64,000 bases of DNA from a virus (taxonomy: Duplodnaviria; Caudoviricetes). How positions within the stretch are numbered: position 1 is the first letter of the stretch; the number at the start of each line of letters is the position of its first letter. The stretch lies in IMG/VR virus record IMGVR_UViG_3300008262_003210, one strand, 5' to 3'. Shown piece by piece: positions 44,701-56,500 of this stretch. A program made the translations under genes and the position numbers. Below the pieces are notes generated by a model. The model saw nothing but the letters and a program-made list of their open reading frames with translations, was not told the origin of the DNA and ran no database searches.

Positions 44701-47438
44701 CAGCAACTGGAAGTTTAGCTCCGTTAGCTCCGATTGTATTTTCTGAACCTACTATTGGAGGAGTAACACCAGACGTCAAATATTATATTAGTAAAATTAC
44801 TAGCGGAACATCTTTTAGAATTGCTGATAGTATATTAAGTGTTACAGTTTCAGAAACTTTCTTTAGCACAAACCTAATCAAGTGTGATTCAACATCAGGC
44901 TTTGTTCCAGATAACCCAATTAAATTTACAGGCAACGGTTTTGGAGGCATTACCGCAGAACTAACTTATTATATTCTAGCTGTTAACGATTCTACTACAT
45001 TTACGGTAGCAAGTTCAGTTGGCGGTTCAAGTATACCGCTCACAACAGCCAAAGGATATATGGTTGGAAGAACCTGCCCCGAAGAAGTTAGTGTTGTAAC
45101 AGATGCTGGATCGATGAATGGAAAAACAACCATTGCTAAATCTACAATAACAAGAGGTTCTGGCGCAATTATGAATGCGGTATTTTCTACTCCAGTATTT
45201 GGCGGAGTTGAACAAGGAACAACATACTACATTTCAACCATAACCCCAGGCGCTCCTAATAAAATACAAGTATCAGATACTATAGGAGGTGCCGTGTTTA
45301 ATCTAACAACAGGCACCGGTACTATGAAAATTGGTGAAGTTGGTTGGGATCATGTTAATGCTGGAACACAACCTGTTACCGCGTTTGATACAACAACTTT
45401 ATACTTTATAGAACCAAGACTTACCTATTCAGAACCTCCATTTACGCAAACAGATACAACACTACCTACGGCCGGTGCAGGCACATTCTATACGGCTATA
45501 GCATACGGAGATAACTTCTGGATTGCAGTACCAAATGGAAATACAACTATTGCTGGATCGTCTAATGGTAGCTCTTGGTCAACTTATACATTACCAGTAA
45601 CTTCTCCGTTAACGTGGTCAGATATCTGCTATGGCAATACTGCGTGGGTATTGATTGCTACTGGTACGGATAAAGTACTTTATTCGTTCTCAAAAGGTCA
45701 ATCGTGGAAAACAGGAACCATGCCTAGTGTCAGCACTTGGTCAAGTGTAGCTTATTCAAACGGTGTGTTTGTAGCCATCGCAACAGGAACAGCAAATGCT
45801 GCTTATTCAATAAACTATGGAGCAACATGGACTCCTAGTACTATTCCAGGAACAGGCTCAGGAACCTATACAAATATTGCATCTGGTAAGGGCAATTTTG
45901 TGTTCTTAGAAAATAATACTACAAAATATTATGTTAGTGAAGATGAAGGTGCAACCTGGACAGAGTATAATACTTTGCCGTTATCTGCATCCTGGACAAG
46001 AGTGTCTTATGGTAACGGAAGATTCGTTGCTACAGCAGACTCTTCGGCAACTCCAGTCTACAGTTTAGACGGAGGTTTAACTTGGACTGCTTCTCCTCAA
46101 AGTATTGATGCTAAAGTTCTAGCATATGGTAACGGGGTGTTTTTAGCATTAAAAGCGAATAATGCTTTTAGTTGGCAAAGTGAAGATGGAAGAGTTTGGA
46201 GGAAGAAAGCTACTACTCTTGTTGACTATGAAGATGCAGCTTTTGGATTTACTCCTTTACATCCTGGAAGATTTGTTACTTGTGCAGGATCAACTGCTGC
46301 AAGTACAATAGTTACAGGATCTAAAACTAAAGGCAGACCTATTGTAGAAAGTGGAGTTGTAACGGCAGTTACTGAGTTTGAAACAGGTGGTGGCTATCTT
46401 GTTGCACCAATAGTAACTTTATTTGATCCAAACGTAACCACTGCTGCGACCATAGAACCAAGATTAGGAAACGGCACATTAAGTGCGCCAACTTTCTTAA
46501 ATCCTGGAGAAGGATACAATACCAGTTCTACTACTATTACAATCAATGGTAGCGGCTATGCGGAAGAGTTTCAAACTGGATTAGGCATTAGAGTAAGTAA
46601 TTTAACTCAGCTACCAAGGCCAGGTGACGATTTAGTTGTTACTGGTGATGCTACTATTTACAAAGTTACTAATGCAACTGCTTTACGAGGCAGCGTAGCA
46701 CCAAACTTAACTGCTGAAATTCAAATTTCACCAGATATGAGTATTGCACTAAGTCCAGATCATGCAACGCCGTTGATTATTAGAGAAAGATATAGTCAAT
46801 GTCGATTAACCAACCATGACTTCTTAAATATTGGATTTGGTGACGAAAGAGAATCTGGATATCCAGCACCAGTTCCAACAGTTAATACACTACAGTCGCA
46901 AAATCAGACAATTGAAAATCATTTTGGTCGTGTATTCTATACAAGTACTGACCAAGACGGTAACTTTAAAACTGGTAGTTTGTTTGGAGTTGAACAAGCC
47001 ACTGGTATTGTTACTTTAAGTGCTAGTCAATTTGGATTATCAGGACTAGAAGTACTAACACTTGGTGGTATTGCAGTTGGTGGATCAAGCGTTGTTATTA
47101 CTCAGTTTAGTAATGACGCAACATTTGTTGCTAACAGCGATAGTGTAGTTCCAACACAGCGAGCTATTAAATCGTATATGACAGCTCGTTTGAGCCAAGG
47201 TGGTTCAAATACATTTACAGGAAATACTACAGCAGGTAGTATTACAATTGGAGGTCCAAATGTCATGGGTAGCACTATCCCAGCAGGAACTCCAGGATAC
47301 GGAATATTCATGCTAAACCGAGTGAATTTTGATGGTTTAGAAAATGGTATGGTTGATGGTGATATGCCAGCATTTAACTTTTTCATTCGTGGAAAGGGTG
47401 TTGAACGGTTAGTCGACCCAAGTCGCATTATAAGATAA
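38736..47438 (+). CDS. Giant virion adhesin (2900 aa): CBM5/12-like repeats, beta-helix, YHYH-like insert, Asp-box propeller
   Basis: 7 W-x5-Y-x2-GD-x-V-x-YGG repeats; YHYH-family motifs (LDGYPIYGPFGY, LDEHNGR...TPEYPNGTYAYF); S-x-D/N-G-x-x-W Asp boxes. Confidence 0.8.
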   Translation: MAAEFKISRLRYNYLGEWDVDAFYNRDAVVTYEGKLYVCLEPHTSGTTQPTFYDALNNVTLGAPNPYWEIVIDSRKWSGDWQTTTFYSLGNIVRYGGSLYICTEQHTSGLVIDENKFDLFATSNGNWDNTWDVGIAYGVGDIVRYGGILYRCIENHISAATVALGLEEDQASWADFFVGVEFKGTWNSSGYRYKKNDLVKYGADVWIAESGHTSSLTFDQTKWDLWAPGQDYTDSWSSSVTYQIGDVILYGGYTYTSLVANNLNNVPSVDAISWELLTKGYSFENDWNSSTSYKVGNVVRRGGLIYVAVQDNNNQDPTNLSVSKTFQSSTDTTITLNNTSGLVPGLIITGPKISTGPSIVTVIDGLQIKISELFDGSLTTGDTLDFRGINYIYWSLVVPSVNWRGIWEDEVDYSIGDVVLYGNKTYKCIQSHTSSEITGDKPTSNTGYNFWISYFYHARRNSLTDQGDIRTIAGGASTVVNIGEQDQVLQACIYLNETGSNSGYGTSVEIPDGEVLPKWKKILVSPNLFYVSESGVDAPGYGETWDRPWRTIKYATERVDAGTENQGIKACLEANKKFLTTEMYQWMLYQKQYTIAPFSPTSQFDPDKTVRDASYIIDGVVYDLSRGGNAQTVINARAFFNAEGRGGYINSSVEAQMPFFIAALNRLKTLMLSNVLIGQVPTTLYQEVNGITPGDIIEMQTGFITGFLTDVETLLDIVIDALTDATTDNIPYPNKGLTATIMVKTGTYEEELPIIVPEYCVIQGDELRGVTVTPKTVINTFTETSVSGSTTPATTTLTGAVGHSEWDFSTDGTVTLTATGLPYHSYGNLDDPNTPDDIEIDKTFPWRGGTDISAEDKVATDPGTIGYWINGVSIVSPNAGTDAPDGFVALSGFNYNKSAYTAFALNYSWGADDAGGFSSADGTYHYTDFSFDLSWTSGDGFVSGNNNTGSSELSEIPYLSGSLTQANGHSKIIGISLDGYPIYGPFGYTDPLSSTGGVSLMESGYTFKNSNYRAGTAASNLTQYPMGMFVQDYEFTDAGTLDEHNGRYCVTPEYPNGTYAYFVTVDAANLYPVYPYVIGNTYYAQPAAEAPTATTEGAGGGFAPLGLDIIFTGGYFNCYSTQNMSADEPIQFVSTSSFITNLDPFETAAITAGKTYYVVGDTLTATTFQVAEVPGGSPIGLSGGNGFMQIIGGDATKDMFRIRNATGLRNLTLKGLLGTLTPVNEYLTARPTGGSYCAFDPGSGPDDTKTWIKNRSPYLQNVTLFGSGCSAMKVDGTLHNGGNRSMTANDFTCVLSDGIGAWITGTESKAELISVFTYYNYAGYFAEDGGRIRAANGNCSYGEFGAIAEGFDLEEDPITATVDNQTFQASASVQQSFGLQAALLKLQYSNAGIEYIQTVTNLLNHSNNFLGAGWTTDGNVNLSKNLIAPSGLNDGWTFNGTTSNTDSSYIYKNVTIPPQGAIYTNLAGSNISGSGSGATFDVTVTATTFSVVVSSLGSGGVGYVLGNQITIYGSQVGGLDGVNDITLTVASLVGSTIITVSAAGTVPAGSALRYTFSIHAKKSTSNVFDLYAIFTGSSTRTSSVTWNFNTRTLTSTDFGDGGLVPGVAYRGVDYLDNDWYRIWFSVYDTNALNNTVQLRIYPRGRLGTTGATSFYGAQVEIGSSRRFYLSTTTGLYDAYADYIISGAGVDAQLVADETRSNSVYQSRITDPGSGAGGTGYLIASNNAQGGNASFIILAQSDINTAANYNGMRIFVNSGTGAGQFGFISNYDENTKIASVLKESVTPLTISAVSTADDSFTLSDTADDIGTLYIDQPVQFIPTYYSTSVTNTSEESYPIISIVGGTVNTMAMANTAVLYYNMPIKFSGNIPETAGVIANFTYFVQEIVDEFYFKITSTSFGPVLPLSANTPTGMNIDIPSNTSYLKVTSTAGMAANMPIQFTGTALGGISLGQIYFIHDVIDSVRLSISTSLLSPVVTATDSANNRLSVTATGSLAPLAPIVFSEPTIGGVTPDVKYYISKITSGTSFRIADSILSVTVSETFFSTNLIKCDSTSGFVPDNPIKFTGNGFGGITAELTYYILAVNDSTTFTVASSVGGSSIPLTTAKGYMVGRTCPEEVSVVTDAGSMNGKTTIAKSTITRGSGAIMNAVFSTPVFGGVEQGTTYYISTITPGAPNKIQVSDTIGGAVFNLTTGTGTMKIGEVGWDHVNAGTQPVTAFDTTTLYFIEPRLTYSEPPFTQTDTTLPTAGAGTFYTAIAYGDNFWIAVPNGNTTIAGSSNGSSWSTYTLPVTSPLTWSDICYGNTAWVLIATGTDKVLYSFSKGQSWKTGTMPSVSTWSSVAYSNGVFVAIATGTANAAYSINYGATWTPSTIPGTGSGTYTNIASGKGNFVFLENNTTKYYVSEDEGATWTEYNTLPLSASWTRVSYGNGRFVATADSSATPVYSLDGGLTWTASPQSIDAKVLAYGNGVFLALKANNAFSWQSEDGRVWRKKATTLVDYEDAAFGFTPLHPGRFVTCAGSTAASTIVTGSKTKGRPIVESGVVTAVTEFETGGGYLVAPIVTLFDPNVTTAATIEPRLGNGTLSAPTFLNPGEGYNTSSTTITINGSGYAEEFQTGLGIRVSNLTQLPRPGDDLVVTGDATIYKVTNATALRGSVAPNLTAEIQISPDMSIALSPDHATPLIIRERYSQCRLTNHDFLNIGFGDERESGYPAPVPTVNTLQSQNQTIENHFGRVFYTSTDQDGNFKTGSLFGVEQATGIVTLSASQFGLSGLEVLTLGGIAVGGSSVVITQFSNDATFVANSDSVVPTQRAIKSYMTARLSQGGSNTFTGNTTAGSITIGGPNVMGSTIPAGTPGYGIFMLNRVNFDGLENGMVDGDMPAFNFFIRGKGVERLVDPSRIIR

Positions 47439-47469
47439 CATGTTGATTATAATGTCAGATTATGGTTTA

Positions 47470-47477
47470 GATAAATA
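47470..47477 (+). promoter_or_regulatory. Late promoter box (GATAAATA)
   Basis: Upstream of AAGGA SD and the ATG at 47501. Confidence 0.65.
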
Positions 47478-47500
47478 TGATATCAAAGGAATAATTTAAA

Positions 47501-50500
47501 ATGGCAGAATTTATACTAGGTAGAATCAAGTTTGTTTACAGAAACAACTGGGCAACTTCTACAGATTATGTTGTTGACGACGTCGTAACAGTAGGCGGTA
47601 AAACATTTATTTGCATTAAGAATCACGAATCATCTGCAATATTTGAAACAGATTACGATACAAACACAGCAATTAGTAAATGGAATCTTCTTGCTGATGG
47701 TCAACAATGGAGAGAAGACTGGGCTGCAGCCACAGTCTACAATCAAGGTGACCTCGTTAAATACGGCGGCCTAGTTTATTTGTGTAACGAGCCACACACT
47801 TCTGCCACATATACTTCTCCAACTTGGTTAGGATTAGAAGACGACCAATCCAAGTGGGACATATTTGCAACATCATTTGACTGGAAAGGAGCTTGGGCTA
47901 CTAGTACTCGCTATAAGGTAAATGATATTGTATCTTATAACGGTTATACTTATGTATGTACATTGAAACATATATCTGCTGCAACTGCATCTTTAGGTTT
48001 AGAAGACGACCTTGGCAATTGGGACGTTGTAAATCCAGGATTAAAATATCTAGGTTCATGGGAAAGTCTTGGATCATCATATAGATATAAATTAAACGAT
48101 GTAGTTAAGTACGGTGCAAGTTTGTGGATTTGTACAGCACATCATACTTCTACTACTGATTTTGAAGACGGCGACTGGACTATTTTCTTAAACGGATTTG
48201 AATTTGAAAATAGTTGGAGCAGCTCAACAACTTACCAAGTTGGTGATATTGTCACATACGGTGGTGTGTCTTATGTTGCAAAACAAAATAACGACAATAA
48301 AAAACCATCTGCAGAACCAACATATTGGGATGTCTACACTACCGGTTTTAGTTTTGAAGGTGATTGGAATAGACTTACAACATATAAGATAGGTAGTGTA
48401 GTAAGAAACGGTGGATACACTTATCTTGCAGAATTAGATTCTCCTAGTATCACTTCTGTAGCAACGGATACTACTGTTTCAACCGATCCTACTAATCCTA
48501 ATACAGTCTCAGCAGACACTACTGGATTTGTAGCTGGAATGACTGTTTATTTTGGTACTTCTTTTGGCGGACTAGTTGCTAATACAAAATATTATGTGTT
48601 AAGTGCAGGCTTGTCGCCAACCAGATTTAAAGTAAGTACTACTCCTGGCGGAACTCCTGTTACACTAACTACAACAACAGGGCAAACTGTAGGCGTTACA
48701 GTATCGCCAGAGCCATCAAACACAACTTACTGGTCTCAATTAAACTCAGGGTTCAAATGGAAGAATAATCCTGTTACTTATACCGCAGTAGCAGGAACTG
48801 TACAAGGAACAAGTTTAGGAATTAATCAACTGTTTGATGTAACAAGAACAGGAACTATTTACACAGTTACTATTAACGACGGCGGCGATTATTTTGCTGC
48901 TGGAGATGAAATAGTTATTGCAGGAACAAGCATTGGCGGTATTAGTCCTGCAAACGATTTAACTATTACAGTAACAACAGAATCTTCTGGAGTAATTACA
49001 GCAGTTACTCACGCAGGTATCAGTGTCACATGGACTTCTGGACTAGTTTATGTTATTGGGGACGTTATATTCTTTGGAGCAAGTAGCTACACTTGTGTAA
49101 CCGAACACGTTGCTTCAACAGGAACTCGACCAGATAATGACATCGATGCAACATACTGGAACATTGTTTCAGTTGGTGCAGAAATTGCAACGCTTACTAC
49201 AGCAGGAGATACACTCTATTACAGTCCTAACGGTCCTGCAAGATTACCTATTGGAAGAGATGGACAGGTATTGCGTGTCAAAGATGGATATCCTAGTTGG
49301 GAAACTTACGGACATGTGTTTAACGCAGTATTCGTAGGACCAACCGGAGTCGACTTACCGTATCCGCAAAGTGGATTTAGTATAGACCAGCCATGGAAAA
49401 CTGTTAGATACGCTTGTAAACAAATTGAGGAAGGTTATAGAGACCCTCAAACTAGACATATTTTACAAACTAATAAATCATTTTTAATTAAAGAAACATT
49501 TAACTATCTAGAATACACTTATCAAGTTAGTGTAACAGGAACTTCTGTTGGAGAATTTTTAGTTGCTGACACATCAATGTTAAATTTAAAAATGCCAATT
49601 AGATTTTTAGATCAAACAGGCAGTTTAACTTTAAACGGCAACCCTATTTTATCTACAACAACATACTATGTTAAGTCAATTACTTCAAATACAAGTTTTA
49701 CTGTTGCCGCAACACCAACTGGTGCCACACTAGTTTCAGCTGGAACAGGAACTGCAACTGCTAAATTTGAATACGATAAAGCCAAAGCAAAAAGAGATGC
49801 TGGTATATTAATTGAAGGAATGATTTATGATGTAACACACGGTGGTAATTATAAAACAACCGGAAACACTTTATCATTCTACGATACAAGCGGAACTGCT
49901 TATATTACTACAAATACAGAATTACAAATTACTCAATTTATTGATAGTCATGTATATTTAAAATCTATCATTCCATCAGTACTAGCAAATACCGTAGTAA
50001 GCCCAAGCTATCAAACTTTGAATAATGAAACAGATCCAATTTATCAAATTATTGATACCGATTACACAGCAGAATCTGATGCTCTACCAAGATTAAACGA
50101 ATTATTTGATATTCTTATTGATGGATTAACTCAAGGCGATACATCTACTACACCTATTGCCAAGACTCCTAATACAACAATTAATATTAAAACAGGAACT
50201 TACTTAGAAGTTCTTCCTGTTGTTGTGCCAGAATATACAGCACTAGTTGGAGACGAACTACGTTCCACCGTTGTTCAGCCTAGAGGTGGTAATGATTTAC
50301 TGGTTAACGATCAACCAAAAACTAAAAGCGCATTAGAACGTCTAAAGGCAGTTTTACCTAACATCATGTCTAACACCGCAGTTTCAGCAAGTGCGGAAAA
50401 TACTGTTAACCAAGAGTACTTGTATACTGCCCAAGACAACACCATTACTGCAAGTATAACAGCCAACACTAATACTATGGTTGATATAATTGTCAATGGT

Positions 50501-53500
50501 GATAATTTCAGTACAGCATCTCCAGTAGCAGTATTACCAACCCCAACCGGAGGTTCTAATAACGCATTTACCGCAGGATATTTTAATGCGGCAAGATTAA
50601 TTAAATTAAACAGAGCACTAATTGTTGATGAAGTTGAGTATTTGATGGACACAACATATAATACTCTGTGGAATACAACATTTACAGCAACACAACGAGC
50701 ACAAACTCTTAGAGATGCAGGATACATTGTTGATGCAGTTGTTTATGATTTAACTTATGGTGGTAATTTAGCCAGTGTAATTGCTGGAAGATCTTATTAC
50801 AGTAAAGGATCAATTGTTGTTCCTACAAGTAAAACAGAAACTCTAGCATGTCAGGCACGTATTAAAGATATTATTGACAATATTGCTCAAGGACTAACAA
50901 CTGGTTGGACAAAGAATAGTGCATTATCTCAAGACATCAGCGGAACAGCAGGATCATTAGCAGCTGCTACTGCTGCACAGGCTCGTGTTCAGGAAATTTA
51001 CGATGCTACAGACACTGGTACAGCACCTACAACCATTGCACCAGATATTACTTGGCCAAGTGCATTAAAATTGTCAGCAAATACTTCTATTGTAGCTGCA
51101 ATAACTGATATACAAGCCGAAACCCAGCAATGGATACAGGATGCATACCCATTACTTCCTTACGATGTAACATTATGCGATAGAGACATTGGTTATTTTA
51201 TTGACGCCTTGCGTTACGACATGATGTTTGGCAGTAATTTCTTAAGTATTTGGAACGGAGAATCTTACAGAAGAAACTTAACTTCTACTCAGTTTGTAGT
51301 TGACAATCAGTTAGAAGCAGAAGTTGGTATGATTGGTTTCCTTAGTGCAATCATCAAAGAAATTACCGGTGGCGGCACATCAGGAAGTGCAGGAAGTTTC
51401 CGTGCAATTCGTCGTGTTGAAAGTGCAGCAAAAACAGTTTATAACATTATAGCTTCTGGTTTTACTAGAGTACCAAGTATTCAATTTACAACACCAACCG
51501 GTTATAATACATCTGCATTAACAGATACTGCTTATGCAGCCACTGGTTATGCAACTGGCGATACTACAGGGTTTGGTGATGGTAAAGCACAATTAGTACA
51601 AAACTATGATTTTATTGTAGCAGATGTTTTACAATTCTATGCTAACGGATCATATTCAGCTATTTGGGCTGCAACAACTACAGAAGGCAGGGATAAAGGT
51701 AAACGAGATATTCGTTATATTTTAGATGCACTACAGCACGACATGACATATGGCGGAAATTATCAGGCATCTATTGCTGGTAGTTCCTATTATAGTTCTT
51801 ATCTACTAAACATTAGCGAAGAAGAAAAACCAGCATTCTTAGATGCGTTTGCATTTATGAAAGTTTTAGTAGGCCAAATAGTTCGTGAAGATGCTATTAC
51901 TGCTCAATCAGGAAACACCGTAAATCGTGTTACTACTGGTCCTGGCGGCAGCGCAGCAGCAGGAGCTTTTGCGGAAGATAGAATTCAAGATGTAATTGAT
52001 TGGATTACTGACGGCGAAGCACCAACACAAGTTGCTCCTTACTACGGCTGGGCTAGTGATACATTACAAAATGCCTACAATGCTGTTGTAGCAAAGCGCG
52101 AAGAAATTTCTTTAGATGCTACTGGATGGGTTCAAAAATACTATCAAGAAGTTCTATTAGATTTAACTTTAACTACAAGAGATGCTGAATTAGTCATTGA
52201 TGCTATTGCATTAGACATGGTGCTAGGCACTAACTTCAATGCGTTAAGTGCAGGTCGTGCTTATCTAAGAGGTACTGCATCAACCGAAGCACTATTAAAT
52301 GGTCCTATCAAAGATCCAACATTGGGTGCTATTGATTTTATTAAATTTAAAGTTAAAACTATTGCTGGATACGGTGCAGTTGCACAAGCACAGTCTATCT
52401 TGACAGATATTATTAATAAAACTTCATCTAATTTTACACCAAAATTAGCAATGATTGAACCTGTACTTCCTGCTGGAAGTTATTCAGCAATTTCTGGAAC
52501 TAATACAGTTGGTTCAGGATCGAGTGCAACATTTAACTTTGTTAGAACTAACGCAGGATTTACTCCTAGTGTCAATGCTGGCGGTACTGGTTATGCAGTC
52601 AACGACCAGATTAGAATTAATGGATCTGATATTGGAGGTAGAACATCTGCCAACGATATTACAGTTTTAGTAACTGGTGTTTCAGGTTCAACTATTAATA
52701 GAGTCAAAGTATTAACTGATAGAGAAGCTGTTATTTTATTAGAAGACAATAGAGATTTCTTATTGTCAGAAGTTATTGCTTATATTGACTACACATATCC
52801 AAGCCTTGTCTATAATAAAGATTTAACAGTACGTGATGCTGGCTATATTATTGATGCAGTACACTACGATTTATTATACGGCGGAGATTTTGCAAGTCAA
52901 CAAGCAGGCCAGGCATACTATACTTTTGGAACAAGCCAAATAAGTGCTTATGTCAAAACTGCAACACTAGATGCAATCAATCGTCTTAAAACAACAGCTA
53001 AACAAGTTATTCAAAATACAAGTGTAACAATAACCACTGGTAACACTAAAACACAAGTGTTCAAGAACGGCGCTCAACTACAAGGTAGTTTTGCAACTGC
53101 TACAATGATGGACTCATTGATTACTAAAATTTATAACTATGTAGATTTAGGACTAATAGCAGGTGCACCGAGCGTTACAGTTACAGATATTGCTACTGGT
53201 GATACCTTTACATCTAATGCACACGGATTAGAAAACGGGGATTATATTGTAAATGAGTCAACAACTGTTTTTGGTTTAACAAGTGGAACAAGATATTACG
53301 TTGTTAATGCCACAACTAATGCATTTAAGTTAGCAGCAACTTACAACGGTACTGCACTTACATCATTTACAAACGGAACAGGATTAAGTTTATCTTTACA
53401 CTATACTAATAATCCATATTTAGGTTGGGTAAATGCAGATTTAATTACAGAATATTCAACATTGATGGCTGATAGAAATACAATCACAGCTGACGTTGTA

Positions 53501-56500
53501 ACATGGATTGATGAAAACTATCCTAACTTAGTTTATGATTCTGCTTTAGCCGCAAGGGATTCTGGCCTAGCCATAGATGCAGCTTGTTTTGACTTTATGT
53601 TTAACAGTAATTTTAGAGGTGTTAAAGGTGCTCAATCTTATGCCCGCCCTCAGTCTGTTGAATTACTAAAAGGTACACTAGCTAAGGCAACTAGAGAATC
53701 ACTCAAATATTTGACAGAAGTTGTATTAGACGAAATTACAGACGACACAGCTCAAACTAGAGCAAGAAAATCTTTAGTTTATGTAATTGATTATCTTGCA
53801 GGCAAGAGTGTTGATGAAGATACCGAAACTAACGGTACAATTTTTTACAACATGAATGAAGGAGTATTGAGAGGAGTTGAAATTTTAAGAGCTAATACTG
53901 CTTTCCTTGCTAACGAATCTTCTGCTTGGACTACTAAAACTTATAGTTCAACAGTAACATCAACAGCAAGTACAGGTAATGTTATAACAACTAGTTCTTC
54001 ACATAACTTTTCTGTTGGAGATCCAGTTAAATTTACTTTCACAGAATACAATTATATTGCTACATCTGCTAGCTCTGTTACTAATAGATTTACATTAAAC
54101 AATACAGCAGGACTTGTAGTAGGCATGCCAGTAAGTTTCTCAGGAGCATTATTGTTTGGTGGAGTAATTAACAGTTCATCTTATTTTGTAGATGGAATTG
54201 TTGGTAACGAAATATCAATTAGATCGTCAAACGGCGGAACAACGTATGCTCTAAGCTCAGGATCAGGTGTAATGGCTGTGACAGTTGGTGGAGTGATGGG
54301 AGGATTAGTTGAAAATCAAACATACTTTGTATTGACAACTCCAAGTATTACTACACTTACAGTAACCGCTACGCAATTTAGCAGTATACCGTTTATCTTA
54401 TCTAATGCAGTTGGAGAAATGACAGCGGGTTATGCATTTGATGAAGATTTGTGCAAACGAGACATGACTGAGTTTGTTCATGCATTAGTATATGACACTC
54501 AATACACTGGAAATTACAAATCTAAGAGAGCAGCAAGATTGTATTTTAACGCAATCAAAGGTTCTAACAAGAGCGACATGTGGCATGTAAGAAATGCTAC
54601 TGGTGTACGTAATATGACTATGAACGGTATAGAAGGAACTCTTTCTATTCCTAACAAATTTGGTACACGTAGACCAGAAGCTGGATCTTATACAAGTTTA
54701 GATCCAGGATTCGGTCCTTATGATAGGAATGCGTGGGTGAACAACCGTTCTTGCTATGTACAGAACTGTACGTTGTTTGGTTCTGGTACCGCAGCATTAA
54801 AAATTGATGGTGCGCTACATGCAGGCGGAAATCGTAGTATTGTTGCTAACGACTACACAACATTTATTAGTGACGGTATTGGAACATGGTGTTCAGGTTC
54901 TAATTCTTTAACAGAACTTGTGTCAGTGTTTGCATACTATTCATACGCAGGATATATTGCAGATTTAGGTGCTAAGATTCGTGCTACTAACGGTAACAGC
55001 TCTTATGGTACATACGGAGTAGTTGCTGAAGGAGTTGACACATACGAAGAACCTATTTACGGTAATCTTAACAATAGAGGTGCTGAGGCATTCATCACCA
55101 ATGTTCTTACAGACGGCGCAGAAGAAGTATTGAGAATTGAATTTGCTAATGCAGGTCAATCGTATACAAACGCAGAATGGAATGTAAGCGGAGCTGGATT
55201 TAATATTGTAGCAGTTGGTGATGAATTTAGAGATCGTGCGGTAACAGAAACAAGATTGATTGATTTAAATGACGGTTTTGGTTACGGTGGAGACGGATAC
55301 CTAACAGCTTCTAACGCAGCACAGATAAGCGGCATTGGTACAATTCTATTGGCTGCGTCCGATACCCAGTTAAGTTCAGCTTATATTGGTATGCGAGTTC
55401 TATTAATTGCAGGTACAGGTGCAGGACAAACTGCCGCTATTTTAACATATAATAACGGTAGTAAAGAAGCTAAGATTTATAAAGAATCTTTCACTACACT
55501 AACAGTAACAGCTACCGATGACAGTAACGACAGACTAACAGTAGCAAGTACTATTACATTATATGCTAATATGCCAATTTACTTAGGAAGTGCAATTGGT
55601 GGTGCAAGTGCCAATATTCTTTACTATGTTAAAGATATTATAAGCACAACACAATTTACAATCAGCACTTCAAGCGGCGGAGGAACATTTGATATTACTT
55701 CAGCAACCACAGGACAATCAGTTAGTCTGTATGCAGCTGGATGGGATCATACAGTACCAGGAAAAACAATAGCAAATAGCTTGGATCTTACAACTACTTA
55801 CATTGTTGAACCTCGTATAACTTACACAGAACCAGGATTTACATCAACTGCTAGAACACTTTCTTCTTCATCAATTTGGAAATCAGTTACATATTCAGCA
55901 GGAAGATTTATTGCTGTAAGCACCGCAGGCACCGCAACATCAACATCAACTAACGGTACAACGTGGGCAACTGGTGGTAATCTTCCAAGTAGTGCTAACT
56001 GGGTAGATGTAGTTTATGGCGGAGGCGAAGGAGCCACTGCAACTGCTGTAGTTGGAGGCTTAGGAGGTATTGGTGCAGAATTAGAAGCTGTAATTGTTTC
56101 TGGACAAGTAACTGCTGTTAATATTATTCAAGGCGGATTTGGATATTTAACACCTCCCACTATTACATTCAGTAGCGGATTGGCTGCAGCCTCGGCAATT
56201 GTACTTGATGGAGAAATTGTTGGAGTTGAAGTATCTATTCCTGGATCAGGTTATATTACTGCTCCTACAGTTACAGCTAGAACTGATATTATTACAGGAT
56301 TTACCATAAACACTAGCGGTAAAAATTACACTAGTCCTCCAAATGTAACAATAAGCGGCGGTGGCTCAACCAACCAAGCTACAGGAACTGCTGTTCTAAA
56401 TACAAACAACGGATTAGCAAGCATTACTGTTGGTAACAGTGGCGGAACAGGTTACACTAGTCAGCCTACAGTGACTATTATTGACACCAACGCTAAGTTT

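Noticed and set aside
15801-47500. tRNA or tmRNA genes in the intergenic gaps
   Set aside because: No cloverleaf or GTTCRA T-loop with an acceptor stem was found; GTTCGAA at 16203 belongs to the mini-hairpin cluster.
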